From: Thermoproteus sp.
GTDB taxonomy: Archaea; Thermoproteota; Thermoprotei; Thermoproteales; Thermoproteaceae
DNA: 18,776 bases
Assembly: GCA_049976425.1 (NCBI GenBank)
Contig: JBMFIG010000027.1
Span: 1 to 18,776 of the forward strand
Direction of reading: 5' to 3'
Shown: positions 7,985 to 15,594 of the stretch, one piece after another
Layout of the letters: each line of letters starts with the position of its first letter
How positions within the stretch are numbered: position 1 is the stretch's first letter
Made by a program: the position numbers and the translations under genes
Notes under the pieces: model-generated
Seen by the model: only the letters and a program-made list of their open reading frames with translations
Told to the model about the DNA's origin: nothing
Databases searched by the model: none

Positions 7985-8893
7985 TCAATAGCCGGGCTGG
8001 ATCTCTTTACCTGTCCTGTTTACAGGCTTTAGATCTGTGGGGGGCAACCTCGTGTTCCGCCCGGCGTTTTCCCTATCGACGTACTCGTAGGTGCGCCAGA
8101 ATATCCTGTAGATTATATGCTCGCCGTTGGTCCAGAAGAGGGCCCAGAAGAACAGGGCTACGACGATCGCGTGGAAGTGTATCGCGGTCCAGAGAAACGC
8201 CGTGGCGGCCACCGAGAGCTGGTTGTAGGCCCACACATATATGGCGGCCTGTAGCAGAAACCCGCTTACGCCTAAGAGGAGCACCATGACGGGCAGGAAA
8301 TCGGCGCCTAGAATGTCCCAGATGCCTCTGTACTGGGCCTCCCTATACCTCACGGCCAGCCATATGGACGCCCCGGCCACCATCAAGACGCCGCCTATCA
8401 TGCCGAAAAGCCTCGGCGGCGAGTCCAGATTAAGCGCTATCATGTTGTGGGGGAACATTACGAAGGCGAGCGCGGTCGAGATGGCGGCAAATATGAAGCC
8501 CCATATTATCATGAGCTTCGCGGCCCTCTTGGCGATCCTGGTCTTGACCACCTCGGCGGGCGCTTTCCCGTACTCGCACTTCAATATCTCCATGGCTAAG
8601 GCGTCCACGAAAACGGTCCTTATAAGTGCCGCCAAAGTCCTGCCGGCCCCCAGCGGGGGCTTCTGGGAGACGAGGCGCCTCTCCCATTCGGCGTATGGTA
8701 TGACCATCTGGATCTGCGGAAATCTCAGGACCCGCCGCTGGCCTACGCCCTTGTAGAGGAAGGCGAAGACCAGAAAGGCGACGGTTATGTAGGCGAGCAC
8801 GTCTATCAAGGTCCAGTCAACAGGAGATTTGACATATATATAACCCGTCGATGTATCCTGGAATAGGTTGGGACCTAAAGCCACGAAAGCCAT
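7985..8893 (-). CDS. Membrane protein of the AprM / QmoC-TM (NarI-like) type, putative APS reductase anchor
   Basis: About five hydrophobic helices. KRAAKLMIIWGFIF resembles RxxHLLxxxGF, and HFHAIVVALFFWALFWTNGEHIIYR resembles H...SKxxHxxYR. Lies between sat and aprB. Confidence 0.65.
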   Translation of the reverse strand: MAFVALGPNLFQDTSTGYIYVKSPVDWTLIDVLAYITVAFLVFAFLYKGVGQRRVLRFPQIQMVIPYAEWERRLVSQKPPLGAGRTLAALIRTVFVDALAMEILKCEYGKAPAEVVKTRIAKRAAKLMIIWGFIFAAISTALAFVMFPHNMIALNLDSPPRLFGMIGGVLMVAGASIWLAVRYREAQYRGIWDILGADFLPVMVLLLGVSGFLLQAAIYVWAYNQLSVAATAFLWTAIHFHAIVVALFFWALFWTNGEHIIYRIFWRTYEYVDRENAGRNTRLPPTDLKPVNRTGKEIQPGY

Positions 8894-8912
8894 GGCCCTT
8901 CCCCTACGGCGG

Positions 8913-8960
8913 CCTAAAAAACGTTGTTATCAGATCTGTGTGAACAATATTTTTTATATT
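8913..8960. promoter_or_regulatory. Divergent promoter region for the membrane gene/sat and aprBA
   Basis: Minus-strand TTTTTAGG (8913-8920) about 25 nt before ATG 8893; plus-strand TTTTTATA (8951-8958) about 25 nt before ATG 8978. Confidence 0.6.
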
Positions 8961-8977
8961 ATCTAACGAGGGCCATT

Positions 8978-9439
8978 ATGCCAACATTTGTGTACACCTC
9001 TCTTTGCAAGGGATGCGGCAAGTGCGTCGATATATGTCCAGCGGATAACATGCAGTACAACCCGAAGACTAGGAGGGCCTACAACGCCGATCCGGCAAGT
9101 TGCGCCGAATGCCTCAACTGCGTGAAGTACTGCCCGGAGCACGCAGTCGACGTGAGGTCGTACGCCGACTTCGTCCCGCTGGGCGCCGGAGTCGGCGTGA
9201 TAAGGGACACTAAGAAGAACGTCATATATTGGCGCCTTGTGTTCAGAGACGGCACGGTGCTGGACTACGCGATACCGATAAGGACCACGCCTTGGGGTAG
9301 CGCCAAGGGGGCCGCGGACTTCCCGGAGAGGCAAGACCTAGACTCGGAACTGCTCTGTTGCGAGGACAACCCGGAGTGGCTGGGCTTCAAGGAGCTCCCT
9401 AGGCCTAAGGAGCTCAAATACATCAAGGGCCCGCCGTGA
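8978..9439 (+). CDS. aprB: Adenylylsulfate reductase beta subunit (2x[4Fe-4S])
   Basis: MPTFV start, CKGCGKCVDICP, CAECLNCVKYCP, VRSYADFVPLG and PIRTTPWGS. Confidence 0.95.
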   Translation: MPTFVYTSLCKGCGKCVDICPADNMQYNPKTRRAYNADPASCAECLNCVKYCPEHAVDVRSYADFVPLGAGVGVIRDTKKNVIYWRLVFRDGTVLDYAIPIRTTPWGSAKGAADFPERQDLDSELLCCEDNPEWLGFKELPRPKELKYIKGPP

Positions 9440-11330
9440 CCATGTCGTCGCTCCACTTCCCCACCAAGATAGTCGATACCGACATCTTGGTCATAGGCGG
9501 CGGCATGGCTGGTTGCGGCGCCGTGTTCGAGGCGAAGTACTGGTGCAGGGGCAGATGCAAGGTGACGCTGGTCGAGAAGGCCAAGACCGAGAAGTCGGGG
9601 GCCGTGGGCATGGGCCTCTCCGCGGCAAACCTAGGCGTCTTCTCGGAGGAGCCGGACGACCCCAAGCCAGAGGACTTCGTCCGCTACGTTAGGAACGAGT
9701 TCTTCGGCATAGTGCGCGAGGATCTGGTGTACGACATAGCGCGCCACATGACGTCGACCATAAAACTGTTCGACTCCTGGGGCCTGCCGCTGTGGAGGGA
9801 TCCCAAGACCGGCAAGTTCTTGAGGACGGGGAGGTGGCAACACCCGGTCCACGGCGAGTCGTACAAGGCCATTGTGGCTGAGGCCTGCCTAAAATCGGCC
9901 GACGAGGTCTACGAGAGGGTCCTAATAACCCACCCCTTGCTGGACGAGAGAGTCCCCAACAGGATCGCAGGCGCCGTTGGCTTCCACGTTAGGGACGGCA
10001 CCTTCTACGTCTTTAGGGCCAAGGCGGTTATAGTAGCGGCGGGAGGCGCCTCGCTGGTCTACCGCCCGAGATCCACCGCCGAGGGTCTGGGCAGGACTTG
10101 GTACCCCACCTGGGCGTCGGGCTCGGCGTACGCCATACCCATCCTCGCGGGGGCCGAGACCACGTCCATGGAGGCGCGCCTAGTCGTTGTCAGTTCAAGG
10201 ATGCCTACGGCCCTGTCGGGTTCCCCTATCTGCTCCTCAAGATGAGGTCCACCGACGTCCACGGCAAGCAGTGGGAGCCTCTGCCCGACGAGGCCAGAGA
10301 GGAGTTCAAGAAGCTCTACGGGAAATACGCCGAGGCTAGGCCGACCCCGACGCTCCTGCGCGTGCTTGTGACTGAGCGCAACTTGATGATGGGCAGAGGG
10401 CCCGACCTAATGCAGACGCAGGAGAGGCTGAAGACCGACGAGGACCTAGAGACGCTCTATGAGGACTACCTAGACATGACGCCCACGCAAGCGTTCTTGT
10501 GGGCAGGCCAGAACATACACCCTGAGAAGAGGCCCTCGGAGCTGGTCCCCACAGAGCCCTACGTACAGGGCAGCCACGCGTCGCCCAGCGGCATGTGGGC
10601 GTCCGGCCCGGCCGACCTCGCGCCGCCTGAGTACAGGTGGGGCCCCAACAGGATGTTGACTGTCGAGGGGCTGTTCGGCGCCGGGGACACCGTGGGGGCG
10701 TCGGGTCACAAGTTCAGTAGCGGGTCGTTCACAGAGGGGAGGATAGCCGGCAAGTCGGCGGCCCGATATGTGTTGACGCAGGCAAAGGACTATAGGCCAA
10801 CCATAAGCGACGACACGATCGAGCGGTACAAGGAGATAGTCTACAGGCCCATGGAGTGGTACCACGCGAACAAGCCGTTGACGACGACGCCGGAGATGCC
10901 GCCCTAGCTCACCAACTGGTTCGAGATACACCCGAACTACCTCAACTGGTTCCAGCTGTTGAACCGCCTCATGAAGATAATGGACGAATACGCGGCGGGC
11001 TGGGGCATGCACTACATAACCAACGACTACATGCTGGGCCGCGCCTGGGAGTTGTTGGTCATGTTGGAGGAGGACTTCCGCTTCGCCGCGGCCGCAAGCC
11101 TCCACGAGCTACTCCGCGTCTGGGAGTTCTACCACCGCCTACTGGTGGCCCAGGCGGTGGTCCAATCCATGATGGCGCGTAAGGAGACGAGGTTCCCCGG
11201 CTACTACGTAAACGCGGACCACCCCAACCTCGACGAGGAGAACTGGCACGTGTTCGTGAACGCGAGGAGAGATCCCAAGACCGGCCAGTGGAGCGTGAGG
11301 ACGGTCCCCGTCATCCACATAATACCCTGA
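9436..11330 (+). pseudogene. aprA: Adenylylsulfate reductase alpha subunit interrupted by a frameshift (~10193) and an in-frame TAG (10905-10907)
   Basis: DILVIGGGMAGCG, SGAVGMGLSA, GRWQ...HGESYK, EGLGRTWYP; GTC AG(G) TTC AAG restores RFKDAYGPVG; GASGHKFSSGSFTEGR; after the TAG the same frame continues HPNYL...RLMKIMDEY...RKETRFPGYY. About 630 aa when repaired. Confidence 0.93.
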
Positions 11331-11335
11331 TTTTT
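11331..11335 (+). terminator. Oligo-T terminator candidate after aprA
   Basis: TTTTT directly after the TGA stop. Confidence 0.4.
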
Positions 11336-11471
11336 GCGCCAAGTCTCTTGCCGCCAGGTCGTTGCCCTCCCGAATCCGCCTGCACGTAGGCGCCAGGCCG
11401 GGGGGCCGCGAGATTAACCCCGCACGGCGGGCCGAGCTTTCGGACGTTTTAAATATCGACGTATTCTTTCT

Positions 11472-11529
11472 CGGATGATGTGCCGATGGCTAGCCGATCG
11501 GTGAGGTGCTCGTAGCGGGTTCTGATCCG
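11472..11529 (+). ncRNA. Box C/D methylation-guide sRNA candidate
   Basis: C ATGATGT 11475-81, 12-nt guide, D' CCGA 11494-97, C' GTGAGGT 11501-07, 14-nt guide, D CTGA 11522-25; complementary ends CGGA/TCCG; TATA TTTTAAATA at 11447-55. Confidence 0.7.
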
Positions 11530-11662
11530 CGCCGTCACCGTAGCGGGTTTTCGTCCCGCGGTGGCGAAGAACGTCTCTCGACATCGTGGCCTAACGATGT
11601 CCGGGCTACTTGCCGTCGCGTGTTAGGGCGTTCAACGTATTTTTACCTGCGCCTAACTGGAC

Positions 11663-12715
11663 GTGTTCTCGCTGGAGTTGCCCTCAGACACGGCGGCGTT
11701 GGTCAGAGGCCCGGCGCGCGTGGACTGCGTAGGTGGCTGTAGGGTCTTCGGCGGATTTTTCGAGAGCTTCTACGTGCCGCCGTATAAGCAGTATCCCGTC
11801 GAGGGGCCCGCCTCCCTCAAGATAGATGGCGGATCTGTCGTGTTCTTAAGAGGCTCGCCGATTCCGGAGGACTGGAGGCTCTCGCTCGAGGGCGTCGTCA
11901 TGTTGGTAGGCCCCACGGACTCCGGGAAGAGCGGGCTCTCGACATATCTAGTGAACACACACGTGGATAGGGGCGGCGTCTGCGTTGTGGACGCCGACGT
12001 TGGGCAGTCCGACATAGGCCCGCCTGGCTTCGTAACCTGCGCCTGCACCTCGGAGCCTGTGCCGCACATATCCGAGCTGAAGCCGCTGGACGGATACTAC
12101 GTGGGCTCTGTCAACCTCCAGGGAATGGAGGAGCTCCTCATCGCAGGCGTCGTGCGTTGTCTGAGGCGCGTCTCGGCGCCGCTCGTTCTGATCAACACGC
12201 CCGGGTGGACGACGGGGAGGGGGATCCAGCTCTTGAAGGCGCTGGCCGACGCCGCCGAGGCCCGCGTGATCAACGTAGGCGAGAGGATCCTCCCAGGGCC
12301 GACCGCCTCGAGGCCGGGCCACATCTACCCACGGAGCCCCCAGGAGAGGAGGGAGCTGAGGAATCTAGCCTATAGGAGGCATATATCCCTCAAGGGGGAG
12401 GCGACGGCGCCGGCGGATGCCCTGTCGCCCTGCCGTTGGGAGGGCGGCTTGGTCTGTCCGTGGGGGAGGTACGTGCCGGGCGACGTAGAGAGGCCTGAGG
12501 GGAGGGGCCGGGACTACGTCGTGCCGCGCCCCTATCTGAGGCACATCCTCGCTGGGCTCTATAAGGCGGGCAGGCTGGTGGGCTACGGCGTGGTGGAGAG
12601 GATCTCCGAGGAGGGGGTCTCGCTCTACGCAACTGCCGAGGACTTCGACGAGGTGAGGATAGGCAAGATACGGCTGGATCCCCAGAGGCTCGAGGAGCTG
12701 GAGCCGCTCCCCTAA
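11663..12715 (+). CDS. Clp1/Grc3-family polynucleotide 5'-hydroxyl kinase
   Basis: Walker A GPTDSGKS, VDADVGQSDIGPPG, INTPGW and the Arg-rich PRSPQERRELR segment. Confidence 0.88.
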   Translation: MFSLELPSDTAALVRGPARVDCVGGCRVFGGFFESFYVPPYKQYPVEGPASLKIDGGSVVFLRGSPIPEDWRLSLEGVVMLVGPTDSGKSGLSTYLVNTHVDRGGVCVVDADVGQSDIGPPGFVTCACTSEPVPHISELKPLDGYYVGSVNLQGMEELLIAGVVRCLRRVSAPLVLINTPGWTTGRGIQLLKALADAAEARVINVGERILPGPTASRPGHIYPRSPQERRELRNLAYRRHISLKGEATAPADALSPCRWEGGLVCPWGRYVPGDVERPEGRGRDYVVPRPYLRHILAGLYKAGRLVGYGVVERISEEGVSLYATAEDFDEVRIGKIRLDPQRLEELEPLP

Positions 12716-12744
12716 ACTTTTTAACCTCAGTCGGGTTAGGTCCC

Positions 12745-12966
12745 GTGAGGCGGTACGAGGTCAAGGGGCCCTGTCCCGAGCTGGGCATGGTCCTCGCGCG
12801 GCTGGCCTTGGAGGTGCCGGCCGGCGAGACGGCCGTGTTGGTCAGCAAGTGGCGCTACGTCGTCGAGGACGTGAAGAACTCGGCCCAGCTACTCGGCGTA
12901 GAGGTCTTGTCCGTATCGGAGGGGCCCGACGGCGTGGAGGTCGTGGTGAGGAGGGCTAAAACGTGA
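12745..12966 (+). CDS. TusA/SirA-like small sulfur carrier
   Basis: 73 aa with N-terminal VKGPCPE (CP motif) and C-terminal EVVVRR strand; own TATA TTTTTAA at 12718-12724. Confidence 0.6.
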   Translation: MRRYEVKGPCPELGMVLARLALEVPAGETAVLVSKWRYVVEDVKNSAQLLGVEVLSVSEGPDGVEVVVRRAKT

Positions 12967-13344
12967 GGACCAGGTCGGCCTCTCTGCTCAGCGCGAGGAA
13001 GCTGAGGGTCCCCCGTACTTGATCCCCTCCACCGGCTCGATCCCCAACATCCTCGCGACCGGCTCGTCAACGTAGACCACGATGCCGAGCCTCAAGGCCT
13101 CGCGCGCCAGCTCCTCAAGCGGCTTGGCCCCCAGCTTCTTGAGCTTCCACGAGACGTACCACCTGGCGAGGGTCGGCACGCCGATGAGCCTGGTCCTAGG
13201 CCTCCGCGAGAATAGGTATATGCCGAGGCCTGTGGCGAAGAGATATACGTCGTACCCCGCGGCCTTTGCCGTTATGGCGACCGCCAGCACGTGGTAGGCC
13301 CTCGCGAGGTCGTTGTCTGATAGGAGGAGGACCGCCTTGGGCAC
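12956..13344 (-). pseudogene. DsrE/DsrF-like (DsrE2-type) protein, frameshifted near the 3' end, no cysteine
   Basis: AITAKAAGYDVYLFATGLG...LEELAREALRLGIVVYVDE. One extra G in the G5 run (13010-13014) changes the tail to YGGTLSFLALSREADLVLTF-TAG (12958..12956), a typical DsrE ending; 129 aa repaired. Confidence 0.75.
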
Positions 13345-13345
13345 G

Positions 13346-14797
13346 TCAGCCCTTGACGACGCCTATGGGCCTCTGTCTGACGACCTTCTTCGCGAAGCCG
13401 ACCTGGTGGGCGGTCTCGACGACGAGATCGACGTTCTTGTAGGCCTCCGGGGCCTCCTCGCTTATGACCTCGGTCTCGGCGCTCCTGACTATTATGCCTC
13501 TCTTCTCCAGCTCGGCCCTAACCCTCTGCGGCGGGAACGACCTTATGGCGGCCTCTCTGCTGAGCATACGGCCCGCGCCGTGGGGGGCGGTGCCGAAGGT
13601 TATCTTCATGGCATCGTGGGTGCCCACGAGTATCCACGAGGCGCTACCCATGGAGCCCGGTATCAACACGGGCTGTCCTATCTCCCTATACTTGGCCGGT
13701 ATCTCGGGATGGCCCGGCGGGAAGGCGCGGGTGGCGCCCTTGCGGTGCACCCAGACCTTCTTGAGAGTGCCCTTGTCGTCCACCTCGTGGGTCTCCAGCT
13801 TAGCTATGTTGTGGGCCACGTCGTACACTATCTCGAGGCCGACCTTCTCTATGGAGCCGAAGACCCTCCTGAAGGCCTCCCTGACCCAGTGCATGATTAT
13901 CTGTCTGTTGGTCCAGGCGAAGTTAGCGGCGGCCGCCATGGCCTTCAGATAGTCCTCGGCGACTTTATCCCTCAGCGGCGCGGCGGCCAGCTCGCGGTCC
14001 GGCAGTCTCAAGCCCCACTCCCTCATCTTCCTCTCCATGATCACCAAGTAGTCTGTGGCCACCTGGTGGCCGAACCCCCTGCTCCCCGTGTGTATCATGA
14101 CGAGTATCTGGCCCTCCTGCTCTATGCCCATGGTCTTAGCGGCCTTCTCGTCGAATATCTTGTCGACGACCTGTATCTCGAGGAAGTGGTTGCCGGAGCC
14201 GAGAGTGCCCAGCTGGTCCTTCCCCCTGTTCTTGGCCCTCTCCGACACCTTGCTCGGGTCTGCGAGGTCCCAAGACCCCTTCTGCTCGATGAACTCCTTG
14301 TCCTCAGGCCAGCCGAAGCCTTTGGATATGGCCCACTCGACGCCCTCGGCAATCGCCTTGTCGAACTCCGAGACGGAGAGCTTCAGGTGGCCTGTCTCGC
14401 CGACGCCGGGGGGCACCAGCTTGAATATCTCGTCCACGAGCTCCTTCAGCTTAGGCCTCACGTCCTTCTCCGTCAAGTTGGTCCGTAGGACCCTCACGCC
14501 GCAGTTGATGTCGTACCCTATCCCGCCCGGCGATATGACGCCCTCCTCCGCGTCCACCGCGGCGACGCCGCCTATGGGGAAGCCGTAGCCTTGATGGCCG
14601 TCGGGCAGGACTATGCTGTATTTGTATATGCCGGGGAGGCACGCCACGTTCGCGCCCTGCTCCAGAGTCATGTCGGTCTTCATCTTATCCAGCAAGGCGC
14701 TGTTGGCGAAGACCCTGACGGGCACCCTCATGCACTGCTTGTACGTCTTGGGTATCTCCCAGATGTAGTCAGTGATTTTGTTTAAAGGCGGGGCCAT
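13346..14797 (-). CDS. rtcB: RNA-splicing ligase RtcB (no intein)
   Basis: PDGHQGYGFPIGG, GYDINCG, GTLGSGNHF, HTGSRG, HRKGAT, PGSMG and HGAGR. ATG 14797 preferred, with TATA TTTATTAA at 14817-14824. Confidence 0.97.
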   Translation of the reverse strand: MAPPLNKITDYIWEIPKTYKQCMRVPVRVFANSALLDKMKTDMTLEQGANVACLPGIYKYSIVLPDGHQGYGFPIGGVAAVDAEEGVISPGGIGYDINCGVRVLRTNLTEKDVRPKLKELVDEIFKLVPPGVGETGHLKLSVSEFDKAIAEGVEWAISKGFGWPEDKEFIEQKGSWDLADPSKVSERAKNRGKDQLGTLGSGNHFLEIQVVDKIFDEKAAKTMGIEQEGQILVMIHTGSRGFGHQVATDYLVIMERKMREWGLRLPDRELAAAPLRDKVAEDYLKAMAAAANFAWTNRQIIMHWVREAFRRVFGSIEKVGLEIVYDVAHNIAKLETHEVDDKGTLKKVWVHRKGATRAFPPGHPEIPAKYREIGQPVLIPGSMGSASWILVGTHDAMKITFGTAPHGAGRMLSREAAIRSFPPQRVRAELEKRGIIVRSAETEVISEEAPEAYKNVDLVVETAHQVGFAKKVVRQRPIGVVKG

Positions 14798-14949
14798 GTC
14801 CCCCCTCACTCTCCACTTAATAAAGCTTTGGACCGCCCTCGAAAGGCGGCGCCCTCGCGGCTATATGCAGATGCGGAGACCAACGCCTGTTGACGTCGTT
14901 AGAGCCAGATCCAAGCCTGTTCCTCTTAAATAGCTATCCAGTTAGGTAC

Positions 14950-15594
14950 ATGTACGCAGTATCTGAGGAAGGCGGGGCCTATCTGGTGGAGTTCTCCATA
15001 GTGTCTCTGAAGGACGGCGACGTGTCGGAGGAGCGTGTGGCGGTGCGGGTTGATAGATCCGGCCGCCTCGTCGAGCCTTCCAGGTTTCAGTCCTTGGATC
15101 AAGCCATATCGGCGGCCGCTCTGGCGTTGCTGGAGGCGGCCGACGCGGTCGAGGCCGAGCTGGACCGCATAGAGTACGGCCTGGAGTCCGACGGAAAGGT
15201 GGACCCCTTGTCGGTCTACAACGTTGCCTATCTGATCCACACGCTGTATGGCCACTCCCGCTCTCTGCGCTCCCTCGCCGCCCGCCTCCGCCGCATGGGG
15301 CTCGTCAGACAGCGCACCTACGAGACGGCCCGCGCGGCATCGCGCCGGATAGATGCGCTGAGGAGGAACCTGTTCGACCTACGGCTCCTCCACCTAGCCC
15401 AGATACAGAACTCCATAAACGTGTCCATGAAGAGGATGACCTTGGTGAGCACGGTGGCGCTCCCGGCAATATTGATATCGAGCATATACGGGATGAATCT
15501 GTCCCACCTCCCCCTGGCCGACAACCCGGAGGCGGTATTCGCCTTGATATTCGCGGTCACTGCGGCCTTCGCCGCCCTGGTGTACAGAATGTGA
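14950..15594 (+). CDS. Short CorA/ZntB-family divalent cation transporter
   Basis: C-terminal two TM helices with the YGMN signature after INVSMKRMT. ATG 14950 preferred, with TTAAATA at 14926-14932. Confidence 0.85.
   Translation: MYAVSEEGGAYLVEFSIVSLKDGDVSEERVAVRVDRSGRLVEPSRFQSLDQAISAAALALLEAADAVEAELDRIEYGLESDGKVDPLSVYNVAYLIHTLYGHSRSLRSLAARLRRMGLVRQRTYETARAASRRIDALRRNLFDLRLLHLAQIQNSINVSMKRMTLVSTVALPAILISSIYGMNLSHLPLADNPEAVFALIFAVTAAFAALVYRM

Noticed and set aside
10180-10200. Programmed ribosomal frameshift in aprA
   Set aside because: No slippery heptamer at the site; it matches the single-G-loss pattern seen elsewhere in the window.
10905-10907. TAG in aprA as pyrrolysine or a reassigned stop codon
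   Set aside because: TAG ends many intact genes here (vapB, vapC, cydA', the regulator), there are no pyl genes in the window, and aprA also has an upstream frameshift. A nonsense mutation or sequence error is simpler.
10913-10952. CAACTGGTTC repeated 30 nt apart just after the aprA TAG
   Set aside because: It encodes NWF twice in frame; too short to support a readthrough element or insertion scar.
11331-11660. tRNA, SRP RNA or RNase P RNA in the long intergenic gap
   Set aside because: No cloverleaf with a T-loop, and no SRP or RNase P P4 motifs recognisable.
13313-14488. 391-aa plus-strand ORF
   Set aside because: Antisense shadow of rtcB caused by GC-rich codon bias; no motifs.
14830-14920. 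Hairpin CCGCC/GGCGG and degenerate C/D-like boxes between rtcB and corA
   Set aside because: All boxes are non-canonical and short GC stems are expected by chance.
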